NCBI RefSeq assembly: GCF_009914755.1
Contig: NC_060928.1
Source of the DNA: the human T2T-CHM13v2.0 reference genome, Homo sapiens
DNA length: 64,000 nucleotides
Direction: 5' to 3' (one strand)
Below the pieces are notes generated by a model. The model had not been told where the DNA came from and made no database searches. It saw only the letters and a program-made list of their open reading frames with translations. The position numbers and the translations under genes are program-made. Below are positions 25,154 through 39,284 of this stretch, one piece after another (within the stretch, counting starts at the first letter, position 1; every line of letters starts with the position of its first letter).

Positions 25154-26759
25154 TCCTATAAACATTTCTAATACTAATTCACTGCCTTGACACCTTTCTA
25201 ACACTAGTCCTTTAAAACACTTTTCACATTCAATGTTTTTTCCATCAATAGCTTTCATTCCCACCAAATAAACGCACACTTTTGGAAGTATGATAGTGGG
25301 ATATATCTACCTTTCTAAATGTGGCCATAATTTTGTATATAAGACAAGAAAGCACAGAAGTGTTCACAATAATGACTTTGCACTGCCCTGCTGTGAGTTC
25401 AAAGGAAGCTCAAGATCGTGAGTATCTAATAATGCAACAGCGCAGATAATCCCATGAAATTAGAGGTGACATGCTGTGAAGTACGGACGACCGGACAGTG
25501 CTGACATTATGTGGCATCAAGAAGTACCCGACACAAATGCAATATTATGTCTTCATTTAATGCACTGGGAAAGCCAGGAAGTTACTGACCCTAATAATTT
25601 GATTCCACGTTACCAATACACATTACTTGCTTAACATAATCGCCTCTTCAGACTCTCTCCAGTTCAGGCAACTTAAACCTTCAACTGCCTGCACAAAGGC
25701 TGATCGTTTTTCAGCCATAGTGCTTATCAGCCCTCACGGAGCCTTCACCCTGCTGGGTGCCACTAATGAAGACCTCAATATAATTTCTTCCAAGATGAAA
25801 ATGCAGTTCAGAATCAGGGGGGAAAAGGCACAGCCTGCCTCACTACCCAAGCTGGGTGTTTTTAGCACACTAAGTCCCAGCACATTATACCGAACAGCGA
25901 TATCCCCTGTTGAAAACATGCTAGCCTAGCCAGTCAGCAACTGTCATTCATTATGCTGCTTGGAGCCTGACACTTCCCCGGATTCCCAAAGCCTTCAGCC
26001 TTGATGAGGAAACACATTGACCTCTAAATCCTGACATCCTAATATGAAAGTAGCAGATGGTCCCCTTCCCTAGTGTGAAGAGGGTCCTGTGGAATTTTCT
26101 GTTAACACTATAACATGCACTGCTAGTTGTGGTTGATAAATGCTACATTTAAGTAAAGAAAATCACTGAGCCAATCAAATATAAAAGGATAAATGGCATA
26201 AAGCAAATTAAAGATGAATTCTGTTTCTTCGTAAGAAGGGCTATTGTAAATGCAAAAGGGTAAGAAGGAGAACATGAAGGTGTATACACAGCTTTTCAAC
26301 CACTCAGTGTATTATTTTGACCTTGAATCCTTTCAGCTTTTATAAGATCCCCATATGGGGAGTAAATTCTTTCTATGGAGGAGAGAGGAAGAGAGGAAAA
26401 GAAGAAGAGAAAAAGACTCTCTGTTCCTTGCAAGCATATGCTTAAGGTATATAAAGTTTCCATTGATAAAAAATGAAGTGACATTATTAATTGCAGTGAA
26501 GTAACCTATCCAAAACAGAGAGTACGGTCACATCACATGATGCTGCAAAATAGCAGAAAGAAGTAAGTCTGAAATTTGGGATTGTGGCTCTCCCAGCATA
26601 GAATTTACCTTCCCAGTCCAGCTCCTCCAAGTCAGCCCCCTGCCTGTTTCCTGCCTAGACATTACAGTCTCTCTGAGGGCCGTTTCCTAAATTGATCTAA
26701 GCAGAAGGGAACCTAGAAAATCTAACCTTCTAGGTTGGTTTCCCTTCATTCTGTTTGTT

Positions 26760-27015
26760 AATAACAAAAATAACAGGAGCAGCTGCTACCATTGGGCTGC
26801 TATGTGCCCAACATTTTATTAGGCACTTTACATACGTGTCTCCTTTTGTCCTTAGAAAATTCTGTGAGTTAGGAACATCAGCACATTTTATATATGAGAA
26901 AAATAAAGTCTTCGAGAGCTTAAATAACTATTTAAGGATACACAATTAGTAAGTGGAAGCCCCAGAATTCAGGTGCATACACACCCTACCTTGAAATTCG
27001 GGCATTTGGACCACC
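26760..27015 (-). mobile_element. MIR
   Basis: CTATGTGCCC...AGGCACTTTACATAC...CATTTTATATATGAGAAAA...AAGGATACACAATTAGTAAGTGGAAG. Confidence 0.65.
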
Positions 27016-27520
27016 AAAGTGTATTCACTTTCAAGCATGTGGGTCCCTCAACTCTATTACTTTTAAGGAAAATCATGGTTGTTTAATATAAAGTTTATTA
27101 GAGCTTTTATCAAACTAGTATTTCTCATGTATTCTTTAACACTACAGTTTTATCTATCATAAAGAAGGGGGCAAACTGATTTCATGATTTTTATCACTTT
27201 TCTGTGTAACATGAATTGTAATGTCAAGTGAATGTTTTCAAATCGTTTCACTGTTTGGGAAATAGAATTTTAAAATTATGTATTATTTAAAAGAAAACAG
27301 AAGCTCACAATAAATTTCCCTAAAAAAACTTTTTTTTATAGAGAAGGAGGGAAGGTAACCATGCCTCAGATAAACAGAAACAGACTAACAATCTTACTAT
27401 CAGCCAAATATACTACACAGATATTAGTGAGAAAAATAACAGCTTAAAATATAAACAAAGGAGAAAGAGTCTAATCTTGTTGCAATGCACAGCATATCCA
27501 GTAATTTCTCTATAATTATT

Positions 27521-27829
27521 CTTTTTTAAAAAAATTTTCTTTTTTTTTAAGATAGAGTCTCACTCTGTCGCCCAGACTTGAGTGCAGGGGCACAATCTCA
27601 GCTCACTGCAACTGCTGCCTCCCAAGTTCAAGCAACTCTCCTGCCTCAGCCTCCCAGTAGCTGGGATTATAGGCACCCATCACTATACCCAGCTAATTTT
27701 TTTATCTTTATTAGAGACAGGGTTTCACCATGTTGGCCAGGCTGTTCTCAAACTCCTGACCTCTAGTGATCCTCCTGCCTCGGCCTACCAAAGTGATGGG
27801 ATTACAGGCATGAGCCACGACGCCCAGCT
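27521..27829 (-). mobile_element. Alu, intron 6
   Basis: Reverse-complement Alu consensus. Confidence 0.94.
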
Positions 27830-28789
27830 GATAATTAGATGGAATTAAGCAATAGCAAGTTGGTTGGGGTATGGCAAAATAGCCACTAGCTTCCATTCTT
27901 AGGTTCCATTTCACTTTGACAGAGGGAAGGGGGTGGGGAGGTTCTCTTGGCTGTTTTGGCATAAACAGCCATTATTGACAGAGGAGAGCAGTTGACTCCT
28001 TCAGAAGAGCTTGGTCCTACACAGTTAACTCTAGGTTTCAGGTATCAAAGTGTAAGAGCCACTGAGTGAACTGATAAAAGCTATTAGGCCATGCCTGAGC
28101 AATCTTTCTGGAGGCTTTAGACGCACAGCGCAGATAGCATTACTAGTAACCCAAGATTAAGGCAAATGGCACTTGATAATGAAGGGAATTAGAGGAAGGA
28201 ACCAGTAGGCCACGGATATTTCAAAGCCTCTGTGTTCTTGTGAGGTATCCACCAATCCTAAATGCAACAAAAGCATAATTTTTAAGCTGAGTAAAAATGA
28301 CTCACTCTTAACAAAATTAAGTTCTATTCTTTCTCAAATGTTAGTACATGTTTGTTATGACTAACGAAATACCATTTACAAGAGTTACTTAATCCTAACA
28401 GCTTTTTGTCATATATGCTCTTTTCAATTAACAGGCATTAAGTATGTGAGAGTCTGCTATTTTTATTAGTTGTAAATGGTCTTCAGTCGAAAAGGTCTTG
28501 GATAGTCTTCTTTTCTTATGGGCTTATTTTAAATTGGCACTTACAACCAGTCTACGTCACACATACTTGCTTTATTTGAAATTGTTAAATGGAAATCTCT
28601 AAAACATGTGCTTAGAAGCATTTTTGTTCCGAGTGATAGGCCTCCCCAGAAATGAAAATGGCCCTATAATGATGGCAGGCAACTTATGTTTGTATAATCT
28701 ACAAAGCACTGGCAAATACATCTTATTTTATCTTTAAATATATGCATGTCATTTTAAATCGTTTGTGGAATGAGAAGGAGCATGGGCAA

Positions 28790-28950
28790 ACAAAATTTAC
28801 AACAACCCATGGAAACAGGAAGTAATACCCGCAATTTTTAAACAAGAAAACCAAGGCTCAGAGAGGTTGAGTGACATAACCAAGGTCACGAAAGTAGTAA
28901 GCGGGAGGGCTGGAACCAGAACCCACCTCTTCTGGCCCTGAGTTCCACAC
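28790..28950 (-). mobile_element. MIR
   Basis: GAAAACCAAGGCTCAGAGAGGTTGAGTGACATAACCAAGGTCACGAAAGTAGTAAGCGG. Confidence 0.75.
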
Positions 28951-31624
28951 GCATGGTATATCTTGTCACAATGTCATGGCTGCTTTGTGCCTGCTTTAAC
29001 TCTAGGTACAAGGCCCCCAGGACCTTTACATGCTGACAAACATGTATTATATTTTATATAAATGAGGCAAATATTAGAAGACTAATTGTCATGGTGTGAC
29101 ACATTTTAAGCCAAGTATACTTTTCTTCACATCTAATAGTAGAAATAGTAGAAAAAACATTCACACCACAAGTAAACTTGCAAATAATGCAGAATAAGGT
29201 GCATTTTTTAAAGCATGCTTTGCAACTCTATCATGGAGCATCAGAAATGACTATTGTTTCCAGTGCATCATTTTCGCTAAAAGTGATCCTTGCTATGAAA
29301 ATGAAATGAGTAAACCTAGCTTGATTCTCCAGAGAAGTCAAGGAGACCTGAAGGTTAGAAGGATTTCTGACATTCAGCCCACATGAGTGGTCTGAATTAC
29401 ATGAGTAATTCTCTAATCGCCTGAATTTAGGATATTTCAAGATTATTTTATAACATGAATACAGTCTTCTGAGATTTGTGCAAGTCCAAATAGATCATAT
29501 ACACTCCCCTCTGTTGGACACATACAATGGTGACTACAGAACTCATGGATCCCGGGGCATCTAAGCTTGTCTTTGTGCTGTGGGGCTAGGCATGAGGATA
29601 GGCAGTTCTGTCAAAACCTACATTTGTGTGTTCTGGAGAGAAATGGTTGATGCTTCACATTTCTATTTAAAAATTCTAAATATTTTAACAAATGTACTTG
29701 GCATTCAGAAAAAAAGAAAGGAGGGAAAGAGAAAAAATTAAGAAGAACAAAAAATGGCAAATACCTTAAAATGTAAGATTTAAAACATAAAGGGAAACTG
29801 GGGACTATTTCTTTACATACAATTGACATGGAGCTGTAATTTATCTCAACATAAAGTACTTATAATTATATTAAGTACCTTTTGATTCAAAGCATTTATT
29901 TTTGAATCATACTTGTTTCACATTTTCTTTACAGTGACCCTGTAAAGACCTTGAAAGCTTTTCTGTAGGTCTGACCCAGAAATGACGCAAACATCTCTCA
30001 CTTCTCTCTTTTCAACCCACCAATTTACTTTTTTGCAGAAGTACTCTATCTTATTACCACAGCTGTTAATTTTATTCTACCCTTCAAACTTCAGTCATGT
30101 GTTGCAGACAAAAAAAGTAAATGAGTACATTTCAAAGAAAAGCTATCCGTATTTTTCATTCACATGAGTTTTCTTCCATACATTTTGACATACTTTCCCT
30201 GACTCTTGCTCACACTAAACTCTCCAGAGACCCCTTGACATGGAACAGTCCTATCTGCCTCTCTGATTTCTGACATTTCTAGCAGGGATTGAAGTACAAG
30301 TAAGCGTTCAAGAAAACAAATAGTTTTCCAGACATGAAAAAAATTGGACTACAGATGACTGAGAGCATCTGTAGAAGAACACACATTTCTTTGTGTGTTT
30401 TCAGTGATTTTGCCTCACTGTCATTTAGTGCTATGGCAGTAACTCTAGTTTTCTACTGAGTGGGAATTTGGCTATTAAAAACATTATAAATGAAATGTAT
30501 TTGAAGAGACATAGCACATAGTTGCAGGGAAGGCATAGGTGGTCACTGAAAAAAATATAGCAAGAGAAAGAAAACATTCAATAAGCCTATTTATGAACAT
30601 TTTTTAAAGGTCTGTGGTTCATGTTCATGCTTAATGATGATTCTGGGCCAAGGCTGAACAAAGTGATGGGCCGAGCATATTGTTACATAAATGTGCACAG
30701 TGATCTCACTGATTTCCAGCATCAAACACCTGCCCTCTGCTTCTTACTGAACCACGGCAAGGCTATGGGTGTTTTCACTGAGACATTTTAAATTTCAATA
30801 CCACTGATGTCTAATCTAAATCTCACCATTCTCCATTGTCCACAGATGAAGAACTCCATAAAAGAAGAGAAGACAGAGAGACCTGTAGGGAGATGTAAGA
30901 AATGAACAGACAAAGATTAAAAGACTGCAGGGTTGAAGGAAGCTCATGGAAAAATGTGCAGAGATGCATAAAGGAAGGAGAAAAGTGCAGCAAAGCCACA
31001 TAGAAAAATGGCCAGAAGGGTCACTCTTAGCCACCACCACACAGAGAAATGAACTAAAATGAAAACTCACAACTCAGGAATATGGAATAATAAGCAATCA
31101 GAAACATAAATATAAGCAGTTTTATCTATTCATTATTTTTATTCTACTATTAGAATAAATTCATGACTAAATAAAATTATTCAGCAAAATGTAGCTTGAG
31201 AGTAAATTTTCATTTGCTTGCATTTCATACACACAAAAAATTTGCATTGTCTGCATCTCATTTTTTCTCATTTTCTAAAGACTTAGAGTTTGTCTTCCAG
31301 ATACATTACAGTTATCCATATTTATCATGGATAAACACAAACATATTTGTAGGGAAGTTCTAGTGTACAAAAGCAAAATTGGTTTTAAATAAAATACTAA
31401 CAAAAAACTAAGAACACAAAATATTTTAATAGTAATAAATTAAATTTTACACTGATGTTCAATTCTTGTATCTCTTAGGTTGTTTTTAATTTTTTAAAAA
31501 AATTTATTATTTTCCTCAGGATTTGGTCTACACAACACTAAGATAATGCAACATTTCGGTAAACGATTTTTATAATAGTGTTTCTAAGATTCAGATTTAC
31601 AGCTCAGACAACCAACTACTCACC

Positions 31625-32021
31625 AAAAGTCTGTTTTCTCTTTCCAAAGTATAAGTTATTTATGAGAAGCAGCTACCAAAACAGACACCACATTTCCCAG
31701 CCCCTCTTTTATCTAGGAGGGGCAAGTGACTCATTCTTGCAAACAGAATGTGAGTAGATGTGTCATTGAAGACCAAGGTGGTTAAGTGTGTCACCTTGTG
31801 ACATTCTTTTCCTGAGTGAGCTAGTTGCAAAGGACCTATAGCATGACAAAGCCACATGATGAAAGGAATACGGGTCACAGAATAAACGTGAAAGCCTACT
31901 GGTGGCCAGGGACACCAATAATGGAGTGTTATATAATTTTTAAAAATAAACTTTTGATTGTTTAAAGCCATTGAAATTTTGTGGGTTGTCTGTTGTAACA
32001 GCTAGCATTATTCTAACTAAT
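31625..32021 (+). mobile_element. MLT1-family (MaLR) solo LTR
   Basis: ACATTTCCCAGCCCCTCTT...GAATGTGAGTAGATGTG...AATAAACTTTTGATTGTTTAAAGCCATTG...TTGTAACAGCTAGCATTATTCTAACTAATA. Confidence 0.75.
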
Positions 32022-32968
32022 AAAAGAATGAAGGACCTCATTATATCAAGACTTTTGTAGCTTTTAATTAGTCTATACAAGACTTAAAGTGGGTCCTCAT
32101 TAAATTTTATTGTATAGTATATTATTTATGAGACAAGCATATGATATAAAATTATTAAAATGATGTCCTAAATTACAATATCAAATAAAAACTGATTTTC
32201 ATCTTTAAAAGCTAGGAGAGAAAATAATTATTATTCTTACTTCCCCAAAACAGAGGAAAGATAGACCCCATTGTTTGCTATTTTGAAATTTAAAAATCTG
32301 TTGCATTTCTGAAAACTGCCACCCATCCAACAAAGAACAAAGTACAATTGCCTCTTGTTTTGCCCAAGGACTCATAATAAGACAAGCAACGTTAAGTAAA
32401 TATACTCTTATGCTAAAAACAAGGCAACATAAAATAGATATATATGTTTTGGCATGGTAAATGGGAATGAGGTTCAAAATTCCCTTAGACAGTAAACGCA
32501 TGTCTTAGAAGGAACTGACAACACTTATACTATACACACACAACCAGGCCCCATCACATTTCTGCTGCATAATAAGAAATGAAACAAGTAAACATGGAGA
32601 CATTCAATCCCACCAAACGAACTACTGCTTCTACCACCCAAAATTGCCTCCAACATTTCTGACCAAAAAAGGCAAGTGCAACTAATATTGATCATTTCAC
32701 TTTGATATCTAGTGATCAACTAAACAACTGGCTTTCAAGTAGGGTGCTCTGGGAATTAGAATATAAGATAAGCAATGGGATTATAGACTATCCTGTTCTC
32801 ACTCATTTCAACCAGATGAGTCCTCTCTTACTAGTTTTATGTATTGACATTCTATCAAAGAAAGATGTGTTCCAGTAGTTGAGGTAGGTTTTAAAATCAC
32901 TGTTCTAGATGCTCAAAGTCATGTCTTTACATCACTTTGTGGACCCAATGCTGGCTTCCTATAGTTTA

Positions 32969-33280
<312 letters not shown>

Positions 33281-36087
33281 TATAGATGAGTTGGCTTTAT
33301 AAAATGCCTAAATATGAATGATTATATAGGTATGTATGCACATATTTGACCCTAAAATTGAAAATAATTTTTCACTGCAATAAATCTCTATTCATACTCT
33401 TAGAGTAATTAAGGGAAAAATAATTTTAGCAAATGAAGCTAATGTTAGTAGGAAAAGTATAAAATTGATAGGGAAGCCAATAGAAATGGCCTGGCTTTAG
33501 TTAAAGTGGTAAATCCACATGCCAAGGCCACAGAGGACATGACATAGCAGCTGAATGGAGCAGAGGGAAAGGTGGGAAAGAGAAAAAAACAGAGTTGATG
33601 GGCTAAGCACCCTGCCAGTTCAGAGAGATAATATGTCACTGTCAAGAAAGTGGTGATGAAGACTCCTGGTTGGAACAGTTGACAGTTTCCTGAAAAGGTC
33701 ACAAAGGCTCTCAGAATGGCAGAACCTCCTGTAAGCCCTCCCTCTCCTCTCCTCAGGCTGTCCATTTATAAAGATTCATATTCCCCGCAGAAATGGAAAT
33801 GTTGTGATCTTTTATCTTTCAGCTCAAAAGTTAAAACTTTTGAAAAATAAGCTTTTGTGCATTCATTTTGTATTTACTAATGCCTTTTCTTAGACTACAA
33901 AGATTCATGTCCCTCTCTTTAGGAACATTTTTCTCAAGTCAAGTGCCACTATCTAATGGCTCAGGGACTCTCTGCCCAAGGGAAACAAAAGTGGTTCATA
34001 CAATTGTCCATCTCTTAATTTCTCTTTGCTTCCATCATTTCCCTCAGCTTTATACTCTAAATTCCCACAACCAAGAAAAATGTCTATATATACCATCCCA
34101 AATGTAAATTGTCTTTTGGTGACATCTTTTCTCTGGAGTTCTGTCTCTGATATTTGTATTCACTTGATTTCACAGAATTATGGAAAAGTCTGGGTCTAGT
34201 CATGTCCCCATCACTAGCAGAAACACAGATTACCAAATCTCTCTGGACTTACACTTCCCCATGAGTTGACAAGGGTGTTGAATTAATGAAATCTAAAGTT
34301 CGTTTTCTTGAAAGTTCATTATTTAATAATTTTAGCACATAAAGCTAATCCCTAAAGATTGTTTAATAGAATTCTTTGAAAACTCAGTTAAGCCCACTTG
34401 CTCATGTAACAGAGCATCCTAAGGAAGTTTCTGCATTTATTTTGCTCTGTCATTCACAGGAGAGAATAGGATGCCAACTTTACAATCTCTTCTCCTGTCT
34501 TCTGAAGATGTGATTCTGTCCTCAAGCAGCAGTACAGCACATCAAAGTACCTTCCATCATTATAACTTCAAAGTGTCAGCCTGGCTGAAAAATAATGATC
34601 ATTACAGAAGATCATTTAAAGGATAAGTGATCTGTTCACTCTTCTGCATTCTAAAAAGGCTGTCTGTGGGATCAGGTCAGACCTCTGGACGGTCACATAC
34701 ATTGACTGTATTATTTCACGTAATGTCTTCATAAGTCACTGTATCTTACAACCTTAGCTTTTATCAAAACCTTATTGCAAGAAATGTTTTTAAAACCATC
34801 TGAATTTCAGGAGGATATTTCCCATTGCATTTATTAACATTCTTTATATCAAGTTCATTCATTTAATCAATGTTTGTTAAATATCTTCTATATGCTAGAC
34901 ATTATAATAAGCAAAGGGATAAAGACATCAGCTACACACAAAAATTCATCCTCTCACGGAATCTAAAATTCAAACAGAACAAGACATGGAGGACCCTCTC
35001 CCTGGCATGCTGCTCCCCCTAGATCTTCACATGGTTGCCCCCATTTTTCTCAGATCAAAGTCTCCCTCCTCAGGGAAACCTTACCTCCTTCTTCTAAGTA
35101 GGTCTCCCACCCTGGGTCTCTCCATTACCTACTGTTTTTAATATGAAGATAAACTAAAACATCTTCTGACTCCTTATAGTCTCTTCAAACATCTTTATTT
35201 ATGTATTCATACTCACCAATTCCATAAAAATATTAAGACTATTCAATGAGCATTATTAAGGGCCCTTGAAGTGTTTCCTCTAAATCTCTAGTGCAAACAT
35301 TTTTGAGAAGGGTTGTCAGGACAGTTTGTTATCCTCAAGCATAACTCTGCTTTTTATGTGTCTTGTAACCACATGCAGAAAGGGTTTCTGGCTTCTTTGG
35401 CCTCTTTTGTTGTTGTTTTATTTATTTTTTATTATTTTTATTTTTGGCAAAGACTTAAAGAAGGCTTAAAAAAATGGAAGCAGTGAAGAGAAAGGGGAAG
35501 ATAGAAAGTTAAGAGGCAGCTTAACAGAGAAAGGAAATGTTTATTCCACCAAATCCTCATGTGAATTCTAAATTATTAAATCTCTGAGAACACCTGATTT
35601 ATGAACAGGATAACACTGCCCCTAGCCAAAATTATTTGTAATAAAAAGCAGGAAATCTCCTGAAGTTCATCTCAGATTTAATATCAAACACAGCAGCCAC
35701 ACCTGAACACTTCTCCATAAAACACGAAAACAGCATGGTGTGATCAGCCAGCAGCCACCAGTGGGGAGTTGGGTACAAACAGGGTGTGAGTGCCATGGAA
35801 AGGATCAGGCCTCACTAATCTAGAGAAACCAGCCAATGAAAAATAGCAACAGACTGAAATAATGTCAACACTTGGAAGGGAAAGGAGCACAAGGAAGACT
35901 CACTTCTAAATATACAACAGCCAGTTCACATTCCTTGTCAAAATACTGAGCTCCCTCCGTGACGACTGAAGTTGAAAGAGCAACACAATTGTGTTTTGTG
36001 TATGCATATTTAGAATATACCAAGTGAGGATGAAGCACCATGGGGAAAAAAAGACTTGTTATGAAATAGGCTTACATTGATGTTGCC

Positions 36088-36423
<336 letters not shown>

Positions 36424-37381
36424 AATATTGCCATTTTGTGAGAAAAGTAGCAAACCTCTAATAAGAATTTCATTAAAATTTGATTCAAATATTTTTCTAC
36501 AGATACTTGGTTCAAAAAGAAGAAAGATGTCAAGAATGAAAAGGTATCTTATTATTTCTAGTGCAGACTTCTTAGGTAATGTGTTCATTACCATTTTTAT
36601 AACATATGTAGTGAAGGATTCTTTCTCAGGATTATATATCCAACTATTTGAATACATATATAATAATTAAATTTATTCATGTTTAATCTAAGGCAATTTC
36701 AATAATTATCAGAATCATAAAGAAATATTTTTTGCATGTTTTCATTAATACTTCCATTAACATTTTGGCATTTGCTATGTTGTTAAGAAGTATTCTGAAA
36801 AGTAGAAAATCATATTAAAAAGTTGCTGTATTAATAGGATTTGGGGGTAAAAAGAACAAAAGACAAAAAGAGGAAGATTAATGTCATTGGTAGGTACTTG
36901 GGAAGTTACTTTAATTAGTTAACATTTTTTAAATCTGAAAGAAGAAAAATAAGTCAAGTTAATAAACCATAGTACACAGAAAAATAAATTTTGGACTATA
37001 AAAGACTCAGCCATATACATGGACTATATCTTTATATAGAGCAGATTTAATTATGAGAGATAACACTACCAAGATAATTTGAAACACCATGAGCTTTAAA
37101 TTTAAAAGCACTATACAGATTCTCTTCATCCACGTGAACAGCTAAGAGTAAAAACGACCTCTATGCAAATACAAGTTATACTCAACGTTGACTTATTCAG
37201 AGAAAAATAATAATAATTGAGGCTACTTTTCCCTTCAGATTAAAAAAGAGTATTACAAACTTTTAATAAAATTATATAGTAATTGGTTGATATATCTATA
37301 AAAAGGCAAGTGGAATAGATTGCCTTGAAATACAACTTAGTATATAACATAAAAATACATTAATTTTATTATTATAATGAC

Positions 37382-37470
37382 AAGTATCAATGTAATATAT
37401 TGTAAGTATCATAAATATAATATAATAAATAAAAAGTATCATCAATATAATATAATGTAAGTATCATAAA
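37382..37470. repeat. Imperfect AT-rich minisatellite with four AAGTATCA cores
   Basis: aagtatca recurs at ~22-30 nt spacing. Confidence 0.7.
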
Positions 37471-37499
37471 CTAAGGAGTAATATGACTATTTGCTAATA

Positions 37500-38800
37500 C
37501 TGGGATATTGAGAAAATTGGGGGAAAGTCAAGAGCCTATATTATATCAGGTTTAAAAAAAAAATCCATTCCAGATAAGGTAAAGAGTGGGCTGTAAAAAA
37601 GAAACCAGAAAAAACAAACAAACAGAAAATATGGGTGAGATGAAAATGATCTAGGGATGTAAAAATTTGCAGATCATAATAGCAATACAGAAATAAAAAA
37701 TGATTATTATATCTAACTACAAATTATAGAAACAAAACCACAAGTTTTGTAAGCTGTGATCATAAAGAAAATTGAGTAATGTGAAAAACTGGGACAAACT
37801 TTTTACAAATAATATAATAGATAAAGAATCAATACCCACAATATACAAAGAATTCTGATGAATCACCAATATTCATGCTCCAAAATGGTAACCACATGTA
37901 GCTGCTAAAAATGCTGGAAGTATTGAGCCTCACTGGTGATCAAATGAATGCATTTTCAAACCATGAGGTGTAATTTTTGCCTTTCAATTAACCAGGATTT
38001 TTTAAAATAATGACACCCAACACTGTAAGTATTCTTAGCTATTGCTATTGGGAGAGGAAATTAATATATCCACTTTGGAAAGCAACTTGGTAATAGACAG
38101 ACCGTTTTAAAGTTTGTTGCCTTTGACACAGCAATTCTCTTCTAGCAATCTATTCTAAGAGAATAATTGGATATGTAAGGATTTATATATGAAATGTATA
38201 ATCCAGAATTATTATTATTTTTGCACCAACCTAATAGATTAAGAAACATTAGGAATGTTTTCAATGTCCAACAAGAAAATGAGCACAAGAATATTGGCAC
38301 ATCCCCACAAAGAAATATTATACTAGCATTAAAAATGTTCTTAACTAACATCTAGGAGATATAGGAAAATATAATAAAATGACATGAAATGAAGATGGTG
38401 AGACAGATCTATAGCACATAAGTAGAAAGAGCTGGAGTTGAGCTTGAGATGCAGCAAATCTAAATGGCAGGGCACACTTGGAAGAACCTTCCAGCTGTCA
38501 GGGATACAGCAGTAATGATACAGACAAAGCCCTGGCCTTGGGAATCAGACAATAAACAAACAAGTAAATACATTATATAACACCAAAGTTAGGAAGAAAA
38601 ATGCACATTTACATTTATCTCAAGCAATATAATGCACTACATATATGCACATGCACACACAAACTGTGGGGGAAACAAAATATCAAAATAATAACAGTGA
38701 GTACTTTTATTTGATGTGATTAAGATATTACAGGTGATTTTTAATTTCATCATAATTTTTTGGCATTTTAAATTTGTTTATCTATTATTATTAAAAGAAA
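37500..38800 (+). mobile_element. Highly diverged L1M (L1ME/MC-like) fragment
   Basis: A-rich; degenerate ORF2-end motifs (CCACTTTGGAAAGCAACTTGG, CTTTGACACAGCAATTCTCTTCTAG); boundaries approximate. Confidence 0.65.
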
Positions 38801-39174
38801 GGAGGAAATGCTATATACTGTTACTGAAAATACTTACCACAATCATAAAGTTTTACTTTGACTTCCAATAAGGTACAGAATACATATAAATTTTCCTTTC
38901 TTCATTTGACTAAATGGATCATCGACCACAACTACTGGGTAGAGATTTGTGTTCCCGTCATTTAAAAATAGAATAAACAATATGTGTCCATTACGAGAAA
39001 TACTGAAACAGGATAATCAGGATATCCTGTGTTTCTAAGTGCGCATAGATCAGAGGCAGGGAGTGGAGGAGGCAGGGTTAAGCAGGGAGGGAATTCCACC
39101 CAGGTATTGCTATAGAAATGGCAGCAATAGAGCAGAACTAGCACTATCTTTTAGAGAACAGGAAATACCTGCCC

Positions 39175-39284
39175 TGCCTAGTCACAGACTTGCATCATAA
39201 ACTCAATGGTTTGAAAAGCACCTATGTATTCAAACTGAAGATTTCTCCCTTGCTGCAGTTCAGAGTCCACGTTGTGACTTGGCA
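39175..39284. promoter_or_regulatory. Candidate intron-6 enhancer: two AREs plus an AARE-like site
   Basis: GTGACTAGGCA (minus, 39185-39175), TGATGCAAG (minus, 39197-39189), GTGACTTGGCA (plus, 39274-39284). Confidence 0.35.

Noticed and set aside
27922-27942. G-rich tract GGGAAGGGGGTGGGGAGG as a G-quadruplex
   Set aside because: Only three runs of 3 or more G; isolated and unremarkable
37382-37470. Repeated AAGTATCA units with variable spacers (superficially CRISPR-like)
   Set aside because: Low-complexity AT-rich minisatellite in a mammalian intron; spacers resemble each other and there are no cas genes
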